A DNA stretch of 64,000 nt, taken from positions 384,001 through 448,000 of the forward strand of contig CAWFQL010000017.1 of the NCBI GenBank assembly GCA_963817915.1. Reading direction: 5' to 3'. Position numbers and translations under genes: made by a program. This stretch comes from an uncultured candidate division Zixibacteria bacterium (lineage in GTDB: Bacteria > Zixibacteria > MSB-5A5 > UBA10806). The notes beneath the pieces were generated by a model. The model was given only the letters and a program-made list of their open reading frames with translations. It was not told where the DNA came from and did no database searches. Of the stretch, positions 50,646 through 60,922 are shown piece after piece; the stretch's first letter is position 1, and every line of letters begins with the position of its first letter.

Positions 50646-51731
50646 ATGGCGCATAGAGTGTACAATTTTAATCCCGGCCCGGCAGTGCTTCCATTGGAAG
50701 TTTTGCAGATAATCAAAGAGGATATACCGGATTATCGTGGAACGGGAATGTCAATTTTTGAGATTTCTCATCGTTCCGCCGAATATGAAGAAATCAACAA
50801 TACCGCGATGGCATTAGCCCGCGAATTAATGGGACTGAGCGATAATTACAAAATTCTGTTTGTCGGAGGAGGAGCTTCCACCCAATTCGCGATGATCCCG
50901 ATGAATTTTCTCCAGGCGGGTAAAACAGCCGCTTATGTCGATACCGGCTCCTGGGCTAATAAGGCAATCAAAGAAGCCAAGTTATTCGGTAATGTTCACG
51001 TCGCCGCGTCGACTAAAGCCGAAAATTACAAACGGATACCCAAGTCCGAGGAAATCAAGTATCCATCTGATGCCGCATATATGCATTTAACATCGAACAA
51101 CACGATTTTCGGATCGCAATATCAGGAATTTCCAAATATAAATGACATTCCTCTCTTCTGCGACATGTCTTCGGATATATTGTCTCGGCGACGCGATTTC
51201 AAAAAATTCGCGCTGATTTATGCCGGGGCGCAAAAGAATCTGGGACCGGCGGGAGTTACCGTAGTAATTATTCGCGATGACATGTTGGAAAAATGTCCTC
51301 AGACTCTACCGACCATGTTTAATTATCAAACCCACGCGAAAGATAATTCGCTTTATAACACTCCTCCCGTATTTGCTGTTTATACCGTAAAACTGGTGCT
51401 TGAATGGATCAAGAAAAGCGGCGGACTCGAGGCAGTCGAAAAAAATAATCGCGCTAAGAAAGATTGCATCTATGGCCTGATGGATAGAAATCCTGATTAT
51501 TTTCGCGGTACTGTCGATTCCGATAGCCGTAGCTGGATGAACTTGACTCTTCGTCTGCCGTCCGAGGACCTTGAAAAGAAATTCTTAGGTGAGGCGAAAT
51601 CCGCCGGATTTATCGGCTTGAAAGGCCATAGAAGTGTCGGCGGCATACGAGTTTCTTTATACAATGCCTTGACACTTGAGGGAGCACAGAAATTAGCCGA
51701 TTTCATGGAGGCGTTCAGAAAGGCAAATTAA
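50646..51731 (+). CDS. serC: Phosphoserine aminotransferase
   Basis: NFNPGPA.LP, SHRS, AGAQKNLGPAG, NTPP, GHRSVGG.R.S.YNA. Confidence 0.96.
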   Translation: MAHRVYNFNPGPAVLPLEVLQIIKEDIPDYRGTGMSIFEISHRSAEYEEINNTAMALARELMGLSDNYKILFVGGGASTQFAMIPMNFLQAGKTAAYVDTGSWANKAIKEAKLFGNVHVAASTKAENYKRIPKSEEIKYPSDAAYMHLTSNNTIFGSQYQEFPNINDIPLFCDMSSDILSRRRDFKKFALIYAGAQKNLGPAGVTVVIIRDDMLEKCPQTLPTMFNYQTHAKDNSLYNTPPVFAVYTVKLVLEWIKKSGGLEAVEKNNRAKKDCIYGLMDRNPDYFRGTVDSDSRSWMNLTLRLPSEDLEKKFLGEAKSAGFIGLKGHRSVGGIRVSLYNALTLEGAQKLADFMEAFRKAN

Positions 51732-51764
51732 ATCGTTTAATTTTACCGAGGGAAGCAACTTAGG

Positions 51765-52928
51765 ATGAATCTAGCTGTGAGAATGTCCCGATTGGGGACT
51801 GAGACTGCATTTGTAGTGCTGGCAAAGGCAAGGGCGCTTGAAGCTCAAGGCAAAAATATAGTTCACCTGGAAATTGGAGAGCCTGACTTCGACACGCCTA
51901 AAAATATTGTTGAAGCAGGCATAAAAGCCCTGCGGGATGGCTGGACTCATTACGGGCCATCGGCCGGGTTGCCAAGCTTGCGCGAAGTAATCGCAAATGA
52001 GATAACCTCGACTCGAAATGTAAAAACAGAACCGTCACAAATAGTAATAACCCCGGGTGGCAAGCCCATCATGTTTTTCACTATGATGGCGCTCCTTAAC
52101 GAGGGTGACGAAGTGATTTATCCTAATCCGGGATTTCCTATTTATGAATCGGTGATCAATTTTATTTCTGCCCGTCCGGTTCCGATAAGCCTTCGTAAAG
52201 AAAATCAATTCCGCCTCGATATCGGCGAATTGAGAGAATTGGTGACCCCTCGAACCAGGATGATCGTATTGAATTCGCCGCAAAACCCAACCGGTTCTAT
52301 TCTGACCAAAAACGATCTCGATGCGATAGCCGAAATATCATTGAAGAATAATATCTTCATACTTTCCGATGAAATCTATTCGAGGATTATCTATGATGGT
52401 CAGCATCATTCGATTTATAGTATCGATGGAATGCCTGAAAGGACCATAATTCTAGACGGTTTTTCTAAGACATACGCGATGACTGGATGGCGTTTAGGGT
52501 ACGGAGTAATGCCCGAATACCTCGCCGACCAAGTCGCGAAACTCCAGACCAACTGCAACTCATGCACGTCAAGTTTTTCGCAAGTTGCTGGAATAGAAGC
52601 GATTACCGGCCCTCAAACAGCGGTGGAAAGCATGGTAAAGGAGTTTAGAAAACGCAGGGACTTTATCATTGCGGGGCTAAACGATATAAAAAGCATCTCG
52701 TGCAGTGTCCCCGATGGGGCATTTTATGTATTCCCTGATATATCAAAAACCGGCCTGACATCATCTGTAATTGCCGATAGAATACTGAAAGAAGCGGGAG
52801 TGGCCGTATTATCTGGGACATCTTTTGGTACTGGCGGCGAAGGCTTTATAAGGCTTTCATATGCCAATTCCATTGAAAATATCGAAAAAGCCTTATCAAG
52901 GTTGCGTGAATTTTTTGATAATATATAG
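51765..52928 (+). CDS. Class I/II PLP-dependent aminotransferase (AspC-like)
   Basis: GEPDF, NSPQNPTG, SDEIY, SKTYAMTGWRLG. Confidence 0.93.
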   Translation: MNLAVRMSRLGTETAFVVLAKARALEAQGKNIVHLEIGEPDFDTPKNIVEAGIKALRDGWTHYGPSAGLPSLREVIANEITSTRNVKTEPSQIVITPGGKPIMFFTMMALLNEGDEVIYPNPGFPIYESVINFISARPVPISLRKENQFRLDIGELRELVTPRTRMIVLNSPQNPTGSILTKNDLDAIAEISLKNNIFILSDEIYSRIIYDGQHHSIYSIDGMPERTIILDGFSKTYAMTGWRLGYGVMPEYLADQVAKLQTNCNSCTSSFSQVAGIEAITGPQTAVESMVKEFRKRRDFIIAGLNDIKSISCSVPDGAFYVFPDISKTGLTSSVIADRILKEAGVAVLSGTSFGTGGEGFIRLSYANSIENIEKALSRLREFFDNI

Positions 52929-53063
52929 CGGCATCCAGAATTAATAAAAAACATCTTTTTTATTAAGGAATATGATTAATTGCCGAATTGTATATATATG
53001 CTATATATAGTTTTTCCCGACAAATTATTGCAGAAATTTTAATCAAAAAAGTGTTGAAAAAGC

Positions 53064-53092
53064 TTGACTTAAAATGGCTCTACTCCTATAGT
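53064..53092 (+). promoter_or_regulatory. Putative sigma70 promoter of the TonB-receptor cassette
   Basis: TTGACT-17 nt-TATAGT with an A-rich upstream region. Confidence 0.65.
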
Positions 53093-53275
53093 TTTTTCAA
53101 GGATGGGATGTTCCCAGGTCATAGAGCGTTTAAAGGACTCAACTTAATAGGCAATACAACGGACAGGAATTATCGAGAAAGAACAACTAAAGGGAGGTTA
53201 CTAGAGACCAAAAGTATTTTTACTTCGTACCTAGTTCGCAATTAATCTATAACCTATCTCAAGGAGGGATGAGAT

Positions 53276-56218
53276 TTGTTAGTAAAGCCTCTAATCAGGC
53301 TGGCCACGGTCATGCTAATCTTACTGGTTGCAGCGTCAACATGGGCTGGAACAACCGGAAAGATCGCAGGTAAAGTTACTGACAAAACGACAGGCGAGCC
53401 CCTTCCGGGCGTTAATGTCATTATTGTTGGTACTACCGTTGGAGCGGCTACAAACATCCAAGGTGAATTTTTCATAATCAACGTCAGACCCGAAGTTTAT
53501 ACTTTGAAGGCTAGTCTTATCGGCTACAGGCCCGTCGAGGTAAAGAATGTTCAGGTCTCAGTGGATCTCACTACTACAGTTGATTTCCAATTGGGCACCG
53601 AGACAATCGAAATGGGCACTGTCACTGTTGAAGCGGTCAGACCGTTGATAGAAAAAGATATCACCTCTTCAAGAACCACTATTACCCCGTCACAGATTAC
53701 CGATTCTGCCGTCAACGGCATTATCGCTCAATCAAACTTATCCGCGAGTTCAGTACTCGGATCGTTCAGGGGCGGACGCCAGGACAACGGCGAAGTAGTC
53801 TATATGCTTGATGGCGTCAATCTTTCTAATCCGCTCGGCGAATCGCGCGTCGGAAATAACCCTGGCTCAGGGACTACCGCTCTGGCAACTATTATTCCAA
53901 ATGAATCGATTGCCGAAGCCGAAGTCTTATCGGGCGGGTTCGGGGCTGAGTACCCCAGCGTTCAGTCTGGTGTCATTAATATTGTCACCAAAGAAGGCAG
54001 CGATAAGTTTACCGGCAAGATAAAATCCAAATCTTCGCCGGAAGTGCTATTCAAAGGCACATCGAAACTGGACAAGTACAATAGAAATAAATTGTACGAT
54101 ATGAGACAGCATGAATTTGGTTTGAGCGGTCCCATACCGATTTCCAATGTCGATGTTCCCGGAAAACTGTCGTTTTCGGCTTCGGGCGTTTATACTTATG
54201 TTCGTAGCTATCAAGATGAAAGAGCCTGGGAAAAAAGCCAGTCGATGCAGGGTAAGCTGATTTATCAGATTACATCTTCAAAGAAACTGACTTTTTCCGG
54301 TCTCAAATCGTTCGACAACTTTAAGGGCGCGAATAGAAGCAGAATGCTTTATCTCACTTGGGGATCGCCCACGTACTATACAAAGACCAATGTAAATACA
54401 GCTAACAATCAGTTGTATGATACGACGGTCTCATTTACTCCATATGCCTGGATTCTGGCTCCCAATCATACACAGGCTGAAGCCGATACGCTATATTTCC
54501 GCTGGCTGGCCGGTTATACCAATGATACCACCTGGAATCATAGGATTGGCGCCTATACATCAGTGCCGGATAGTTTGTTGAATTTGGGCAGAGATTATAT
54601 TGATAGTCTCTATAATGCCGGTACCGGCTTTGCAAGAAGCTACAGCAATTATGATATGACCCAGACCCTCGGTATGCCCGAAACATGGTCATATTCATTC
54701 GCGGTCAATTTTAATAGCACGATTAGTTCGAAGAGCTATTACGAACTTAGCTTCTCTCGATTCCTGACCGCCCAGAGAGCAAGGGTATACGACCCGTGGG
54801 ACAGACACCCGATGTCGGCGGATCAATTCCTTGATGCGCGCATCGCGGCTCCCCCAGTTTCATCAATCGAATCAAGTCTCCTGTTTGCCAACCCGATGTA
54901 TATTTCCAGATACAGTCAGGATGACCATTCGATTATTAATACCCTCAAGGGTGATTTCACAAGTCAGGTTAATTCATACAACCAGATGAAGATGGGCGCG
55001 GAAGTAAAGTTCTTTGATCTGCTTTATGATTATCGCTCATATGCATCGGGCAACAATGAATACAATTCTCAGTACAACGTGTCGCCTTATCAGATTGGCG
55101 CTTATGCCCAGGATAAGATCGAGACTCAAGGGATGATTGTTAATGTCGGTATGAGATACGATTTCTTCAATCCGAAAACAGTCGTACCATTTAATCCTCT
55201 ACAGCCTTTGAATCCTGGCTTCAGCGATGTTAATGATCCTCGCTACGGCCAGACCTCAGATCTAAATGCCAGATTGAAAGATCCAGTGCCGGCTAAGAAG
55301 AAACAGCAGATTTCTCCGAGAGTGGGAGTCAGCTTCCCGATAACCGAAAATGACGTATTGCACGTCACTTACGGCCACTATTTCCAGTTGCCGGTATTTG
55401 ATGATTTCTACACCAACCATGCATTTGATCTTCGTGGCGCATTCAAATACATCGGAAATCCCAATCTTACCGAGGAAAAAACCGTGTCGTACGAAGCAGG
55501 TATCGAGCATGGCTTTAATGATTACCTGAAATTGGCTGTCACGGGATATTTCAAGGATATTGCCGATTTGGTGAACCACAAGAGATTCATCAATAATCAG
55601 ACTGGCGATATTTTCTGGATTAATACCAATTCCGATTATGCTCGCGTAAAAGGTTTCGAGATTACTTTTACACAGCGTCCATGGCATAATTTCTCAGGTG
55701 TTTTAACCTATACTTACCAGAATGCTATGGGTAAGGCGTCGAATAAGACTCAGGGATTTTTGGACGCCTATTACCAGAGAAAGCCACGTACTGAAGATTT
55801 CCCTCTTGACTGGGATCAACGCAATACTGCGAAGGCCGATATCAATTACAGAATTCCACCTTCAGAAAATGTTATTACTGGAGACTGGGGTCTTGATGTC
55901 GTGTTTACATTCGGATCCGGTGGACCATACTCTAGCGCTACTAACGTCACGCCTCCCAATCTACCTCCTATCAACGACAAGAGAATGCCGAATACATGGC
56001 AAATCGATCTTCGAGTCGATAAGGGCGTCAAAGTATATAAGAACTATACAGTTGATGCTTTCCTTGAGGTTACAAACCTTACTGATCGCGCCAACATCAT
56101 CAATATACTTGACGTACTTAAATACGATATTACCGGATACCCTGCCGGTGCCATCGGAGATCCTTCAGCTTACTCAGCACCAAGAAGAGTACTCTTGGGA
56201 TTGCAGATGACCTTTTAA
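53276..56218 (+). CDS. TonB-dependent receptor with an N-terminal CarboxypepD-reg-like domain
   Basis: AGTTGKIAGKVTD..TGEPLPGVNV; plug GGFGAEY....SGVINIVTK; GNPNL..EKT..YE.G; C-terminal PRR..LGLQMTF; AGGAGG 8 nt before TTG. Confidence 0.9.
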   Translation: MLVKPLIRLATVMLILLVAASTWAGTTGKIAGKVTDKTTGEPLPGVNVIIVGTTVGAATNIQGEFFIINVRPEVYTLKASLIGYRPVEVKNVQVSVDLTTTVDFQLGTETIEMGTVTVEAVRPLIEKDITSSRTTITPSQITDSAVNGIIAQSNLSASSVLGSFRGGRQDNGEVVYMLDGVNLSNPLGESRVGNNPGSGTTALATIIPNESIAEAEVLSGGFGAEYPSVQSGVINIVTKEGSDKFTGKIKSKSSPEVLFKGTSKLDKYNRNKLYDMRQHEFGLSGPIPISNVDVPGKLSFSASGVYTYVRSYQDERAWEKSQSMQGKLIYQITSSKKLTFSGLKSFDNFKGANRSRMLYLTWGSPTYYTKTNVNTANNQLYDTTVSFTPYAWILAPNHTQAEADTLYFRWLAGYTNDTTWNHRIGAYTSVPDSLLNLGRDYIDSLYNAGTGFARSYSNYDMTQTLGMPETWSYSFAVNFNSTISSKSYYELSFSRFLTAQRARVYDPWDRHPMSADQFLDARIAAPPVSSIESSLLFANPMYISRYSQDDHSIINTLKGDFTSQVNSYNQMKMGAEVKFFDLLYDYRSYASGNNEYNSQYNVSPYQIGAYAQDKIETQGMIVNVGMRYDFFNPKTVVPFNPLQPLNPGFSDVNDPRYGQTSDLNARLKDPVPAKKKQQISPRVGVSFPITENDVLHVTYGHYFQLPVFDDFYTNHAFDLRGAFKYIGNPNLTEEKTVSYEAGIEHGFNDYLKLAVTGYFKDIADLVNHKRFINNQTGDIFWINTNSDYARVKGFEITFTQRPWHNFSGVLTYTYQNAMGKASNKTQGFLDAYYQRKPRTEDFPLDWDQRNTAKADINYRIPPSENVITGDWGLDVVFTFGSGGPYSSATNVTPPNLPPINDKRMPNTWQIDLRVDKGVKVYKNYTVDAFLEVTNLTDRANIINILDVLKYDITGYPAGAIGDPSAYSAPRRVLLGLQMTF

Positions 56219-56269
56219 TTAATGGCTAAGATTCGAATGATTAGTAATGTTAGGGAGGATTTAAATAAG

Positions 56270-58102
56270 ATGCGAAAAGCAATTTATTGGGGAATAGGCG
56301 GCATCCTGATAACTTTATTTTTATGTATTGTTATCAGTCAGCCTGCCTTGGCCTATGATAAGAGAGTGGCCGAAAATCCCCTTCTGCGTCACAATGGAAA
56401 TGCGCGGCCGACAGTGGTGGAGGATGTCGTATGTAATGTCGGTTACGTTTATAATAGAGTAACCAACACCACCGTGGAAAGCTCGACCGGTACCAATGAC
56501 TGGACCATCCTCATGGGGGATGATGCTTTGATTTTTCCCTCTATGAGAAGGCAGACACCGGCTCAATATGCTGCAATCAATGATTATTTATACTTCGCCA
56601 GTCTTCGTATGGGAAGAGGCGATAAGCTGGTAAAATTCTCGTCCGATACGTCGCCCGGAATTACGGTGACATCCACTTCTACCGACACTACTGCTATCAG
56701 CCTCTTCGATACCTATTTCAAAATATCAGATCAATCGCCTAATGTTTCCGATGCTGATAAAATGGGTATCGAGGTTCATAGCACAACTCATGCCTGGTCA
56801 GAGTCCTACCGTCGTAATTTTATTATTTACGACTACTGGATTCTGAATCTCAACTCGACGCCAATGGATTCATTCTTCGTCGGATTTCACGCCGACTGCG
56901 ATATTTCCGTTGCAGAGGGCGGTTCAGGCGTACAGGCCTATAGTATCGACGACTTGGTTGACTATTACCGCGACGATGTTACCGGGGAATATATTTCCTA
57001 CATGTTGGATGGTGACAACCCCAACGTTCCCGGCGATGACACCGGTGGCAATAAGATTCCCAAGGAATCCACTGGCTACATAGGTTCCAGGCTTCTCTAT
57101 TGTCCCCCTGTTATGGGAAGCTCAACCCCGTCGGTTCAATCGGGTCATGCATGGTGGGATTGGAACTCAGATCCAGCCGCTGATGCCGATTGGATGCGTA
57201 TCTTGACAGACGGTCAATGGCTGTCAAGGCCGCCGTCGGTCCACGATTATCGCTTCTTCCAGAAGCTCGGACCGTTTTCAATACCTGGTAACGACTCCAT
57301 CAGATGCCTCTATGCTTTCGGCGTAGGTGAAGGCCTGGCCGGATTGAGAACTGACCTGGGATGGGCTGCTACCCTTTTCCAACATAATTGGGTTGGCCCG
57401 TCTGCTCCGACTCCGCCCGGATACACATTAGCCCCAGGTGATCGACAGGTTGAAATCACTTGGAATACGATAGCCGAAACAACTCCCGACCAGGCAACTG
57501 GCGTGATCGATTTTGAAGGCTATAGGGTATGGCGCGCTACTGGCGCTTCCGGAAACTGGACATTGCTTATGGAATGCGATCTGGTTGATGACGTCGGTCA
57601 TAATACTGGTCTTGTCCATTCTTATCTCGATAACGATGTCAACAATGGATTCCAATACAGATACGTTGTTACCGCCTATGATAAGGGCGATCCGGCAAAC
57701 AATATCGAATCGTTTGAATCCGGAAAGGGCAACTTTCAGTTAGCAGAGCCTGGCCGTTTGGATTATACTCCGAATGCTGCCAAGACCGGAATTCATGTCG
57801 CGCCCAATCCCTTTGTAATGTCTTCGCCGCTCGGCTATGGCTTTACGCCTTCTATTACCAATCCGTCGCAGGAGAGAATCTCATTCGTGAACCTGCCGAA
57901 GGATGCCGACGCTACCGTCACAATCTACACTTTGACTGGTGATGAAATTATAAAGCTGACCAAGATATTCAACGAAACACGCGTCGATTGGGATCTGATT
58001 ACTAAGAAGACACAGAAGGTTGTGGCAGGCGTTTATCTATACGTTGTCGAATCGCCGGCCCTTAGTAAGAATCACATCGACAAATTTATGATTGTCCGCT
58101 AA
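56270..58102 (+). CDS. Secreted protein with an FN3-like domain and a T9SS-type C-terminal sorting-like domain
   Basis: Signal peptide; PGDRQVEITW, FEGYRVWR, YRYVVTAYD; tail VAPNPF...IYTLTG...WDL...AGVYLYVV...KFMIVR. Confidence 0.8.
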   Translation: MRKAIYWGIGGILITLFLCIVISQPALAYDKRVAENPLLRHNGNARPTVVEDVVCNVGYVYNRVTNTTVESSTGTNDWTILMGDDALIFPSMRRQTPAQYAAINDYLYFASLRMGRGDKLVKFSSDTSPGITVTSTSTDTTAISLFDTYFKISDQSPNVSDADKMGIEVHSTTHAWSESYRRNFIIYDYWILNLNSTPMDSFFVGFHADCDISVAEGGSGVQAYSIDDLVDYYRDDVTGEYISYMLDGDNPNVPGDDTGGNKIPKESTGYIGSRLLYCPPVMGSSTPSVQSGHAWWDWNSDPAADADWMRILTDGQWLSRPPSVHDYRFFQKLGPFSIPGNDSIRCLYAFGVGEGLAGLRTDLGWAATLFQHNWVGPSAPTPPGYTLAPGDRQVEITWNTIAETTPDQATGVIDFEGYRVWRATGASGNWTLLMECDLVDDVGHNTGLVHSYLDNDVNNGFQYRYVVTAYDKGDPANNIESFESGKGNFQLAEPGRLDYTPNAAKTGIHVAPNPFVMSSPLGYGFTPSITNPSQERISFVNLPKDADATVTIYTLTGDEIIKLTKIFNETRVDWDLITKKTQKVVAGVYLYVVESPALSKNHIDKFMIVR

Positions 58103-58122
58103 TTGTGGAGGTAAGAGATAAA

Positions 58123-59139
58123 ATGAGAAAGATTCTAATACCAGCGGTTCTGTTGGCCATTCTGGGTCTCTGCCTTCCGGCTAATGCTCAGTTTGCCAAG
58201 GTCGGCACCGTCGGTTTAAAATTCCTTGATATTGGTGTCGGCGGCAGGGCCCTTGCCATGGGCGAAGCCTATGCGGCAGTCGCCAACGACGCTTCGGCTA
58301 TTTTCTGGAATCCGGCTGGCATCGCCAACGTTAAGTCGGGCGATTTCTTCGCTGGATATACAAAATGGCCGGCTGAAATAAATCTATATTCCGCAGCATT
58401 CGTAAAGAAGACGAGTTTTGGCCATTTAGGTGGTTCATTTACGATCCTAAATACCGGCTTGATGAATCGCACATCTTTTTATGATAATGATGGCGATTTC
58501 GGAGGCACTTTCGCATACGAAGATTGGGCCGCGGGCTTGTCTTATGCCACCTATTTGACCGACAAATTCGCCTTCGGAGCGACCTTTAAGCTTCTTAAGG
58601 AGAAATTGGCCGAATTCGATAAGACCGGATGGGCAGTTGATATCGGTACCTATTACGATACCGGATTTAAATCGCTCCGCATCGGATTTGCGATTCTCAA
58701 TTTCGGCCCTGATATGAAATATGACATTCCCAATGTCGACGGCGATCCTAACGGCTACGCCGATGGGCTGGATAATAACGGCGATGGCTTCGTGGATAAT
58801 AAAGTCCCGGGCACTGCTGTTCCGCTGCCTTTGACTTTCAGGGCAGGTGCTGCATTTGAAGTTTTGCAGACCGAAAACTCCAAAGCCACTATTTCCGCTG
58901 AGCTTATGCATCCTTCCGATAATAAGGAAAGATACAATTTCGGCGGCGAATACTGGTTCCAGAATATGCTCGCTATCAGAGCAGGCTGGAAGCTTAACGC
59001 CGATGAAGGCGGATTCACAGCAGGCGCCGGATTCAAGCTACCTGTGGGGACATTTGGCGATGCCTCTATAGATTATGCTTTTAGTGATCTCGGTAAACTC
59101 AAAGGAGTACATCGCGGCTCCTTTAGCATAGCATTTTAA
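58123..59139 (+). CDS. PorV/PorQ (UPF0164)-like outer-membrane barrel
   Basis: FLDIGVGGRALAMGEAY.AVANDASAIFWNPAG; LP..FRAG; IDYA; terminal Phe. Confidence 0.88.
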   Translation: MRKILIPAVLLAILGLCLPANAQFAKVGTVGLKFLDIGVGGRALAMGEAYAAVANDASAIFWNPAGIANVKSGDFFAGYTKWPAEINLYSAAFVKKTSFGHLGGSFTILNTGLMNRTSFYDNDGDFGGTFAYEDWAAGLSYATYLTDKFAFGATFKLLKEKLAEFDKTGWAVDIGTYYDTGFKSLRIGFAILNFGPDMKYDIPNVDGDPNGYADGLDNNGDGFVDNKVPGTAVPLPLTFRAGAAFEVLQTENSKATISAELMHPSDNKERYNFGGEYWFQNMLAIRAGWKLNADEGGFTAGAGFKLPVGTFGDASIDYAFSDLGKLKGVHRGSFSIAF

Positions 59140-59167
59140 CAACAACGCCAATTAAGGAGGAAATGAA

Positions 59168-60856
59168 GTGAACTCTTTTAAAATTCCGATCCTGTTCTTG
59201 GTGGGATTGTTGGCGTTGGGACTCATCATGGTTGGCGGATGTGCCAAAAAAGCTCAGGCGCCCAATGAAAACGTGGCCGCCGAAACTTTTATCACAACCT
59301 ACCATGTTGATATCGCACCCGATTCCGCTACGTACTACTTTGTTACCGTCTTTTGGAAATATTCCGATAAGGATGGTGAAGCATTAGAATATCGATATTG
59401 GACTAATGTCGACACGGCAAAAGTCAGAACATTCGATACAACAGTACGCCTCAGGTTTAATTTCCCTGATGCCAATACTGTAGATACATTCTATGTAGAA
59501 GCCCGCGATAATCGCGGAGTCTACGACTCGTCACCGGCCTATACCGCTATTTCCCCTGGTGGAGATAGAAATCTTGCCGAATTTTCGCCAGAAACCAATG
59601 TGATCAATTTTACCAATGGTATTCTCACGTCGGCCGGAATCAACGTAACATTCTCAGGCAGCGATATTGATGGTATAGTGCGCACTTATCAATATATGCT
59701 TGACACCGATACCCTTTGGAGAAGCGTAGACAATGACCCTGTTTCGAATACCGCGACTTTGGTCATTGATAGCATCCCACTGGGTGCGCGCACTCTGGCC
59801 GTAAGGGCGACAGATAATCTCGGACAATTAGATCGTTCACCGGCTGAAGTTAGCTTCGTGGTGGTCGATACATTGCGTCCGGATTTGTCAGTCACAGCCG
59901 GTGCAATTCCTAATGCGTTCTATTTCCTGCCGCAGGGTGGTACAAGCACCAGCGTCGCGACTACCTGGTCGGCCGACGCATCCTGGTATTACAGCACTTT
60001 GACCTATCATTTTGCGGTAGACGACACATCCACATGGTCGGCATGGCAGGAAGCTACTTCCACAGTGTTGGAGGGCCTGGGATCAGGCACGCACAACTTC
60101 TATATCGAAGCCAGGGACCTCGCCGGAAATAAGACACTCTATTCTACCACATTTGGAGTTGGAGCGTTCGTCGGTGATAGAGGCATCCTGTTAATTAATG
60201 GAATTGATTGGCCTACCTATCCTGAAGCCGTTACGATGTACGAAAATCATGCCTTATGGGGCAGCCATAACGTTAAGTTTTGGGATTTAATGCCTCATAG
60301 TGGAGCATATCCGCCGGTTCTTGATTCGATTAAAGTAGGCACCAATGGTGCGGTTCCCGGTGATTCGCTCAAATATTATAGCACGGCACTGTTTGCAATG
60401 AATGGTTATGGCGGCGACGACGCTGTATGGAATTCAATGCAACCATTGATTGAGTCGTACCTCAACGCAGGCGGCAAAGTGCTTTTGGCTTCCCGCTACG
60501 CGACTTTATTCATCAAAGGCAATTTGCTGACTTATGGCCTGACTGGCGGATCCTTGGAATTTAATGAAGTTGGAGTCAATCCAGCCGGTTTGATAGCTGT
60601 AGCTCCCGGCTTAATCAATCAACCTAGGACGTCTAGCATTTCATTAACCGATCTTCTGGCAATTCCAACTGACCCTAATGTCACCATACTATTCAATGCC
60701 ACTGGCTATTCAAATTCCGTTGGCGGGATTCTTATTACACCAGCCTCAGGTGGCAAATTCGGATTTGTGGCCGGAAGAACCTATAGATTTAATTTTACCG
60801 CCGAAGCCGCGAACTACGATACGTTGTTGGCACGGTACTTCGGGGAAACAAATTAA
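59168..60856 (+). CDS. Lipoprotein with tandem Ig-like domains and a C-terminal alpha/beta domain
   Basis: VGGC lipobox; repeated F.V.A.D..G..D.SPA strands; YLNAGGKVLL. Confidence 0.75.
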   Translation: MNSFKIPILFLVGLLALGLIMVGGCAKKAQAPNENVAAETFITTYHVDIAPDSATYYFVTVFWKYSDKDGEALEYRYWTNVDTAKVRTFDTTVRLRFNFPDANTVDTFYVEARDNRGVYDSSPAYTAISPGGDRNLAEFSPETNVINFTNGILTSAGINVTFSGSDIDGIVRTYQYMLDTDTLWRSVDNDPVSNTATLVIDSIPLGARTLAVRATDNLGQLDRSPAEVSFVVVDTLRPDLSVTAGAIPNAFYFLPQGGTSTSVATTWSADASWYYSTLTYHFAVDDTSTWSAWQEATSTVLEGLGSGTHNFYIEARDLAGNKTLYSTTFGVGAFVGDRGILLINGIDWPTYPEAVTMYENHALWGSHNVKFWDLMPHSGAYPPVLDSIKVGTNGAVPGDSLKYYSTALFAMNGYGGDDAVWNSMQPLIESYLNAGGKVLLASRYATLFIKGNLLTYGLTGGSLEFNEVGVNPAGLIAVAPGLINQPRTSSISLTDLLAIPTDPNVTILFNATGYSNSVGGILITPASGGKFGFVAGRTYRFNFTAEAANYDTLLARYFGETN

Positions 60857-60922
60857 TTTAGCGAGTGAACTATGTCGGTGAATTCGCTTTTATACCGAAA
60901 TAGTAAAAGGAGAAAAATAGAA

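Noticed and set aside
52988..53245. 85-aa ORF upstream of the TonB receptor
   Set aside because: It overlaps the predicted promoter and leader, has no RBS and shows no recognisable motif.
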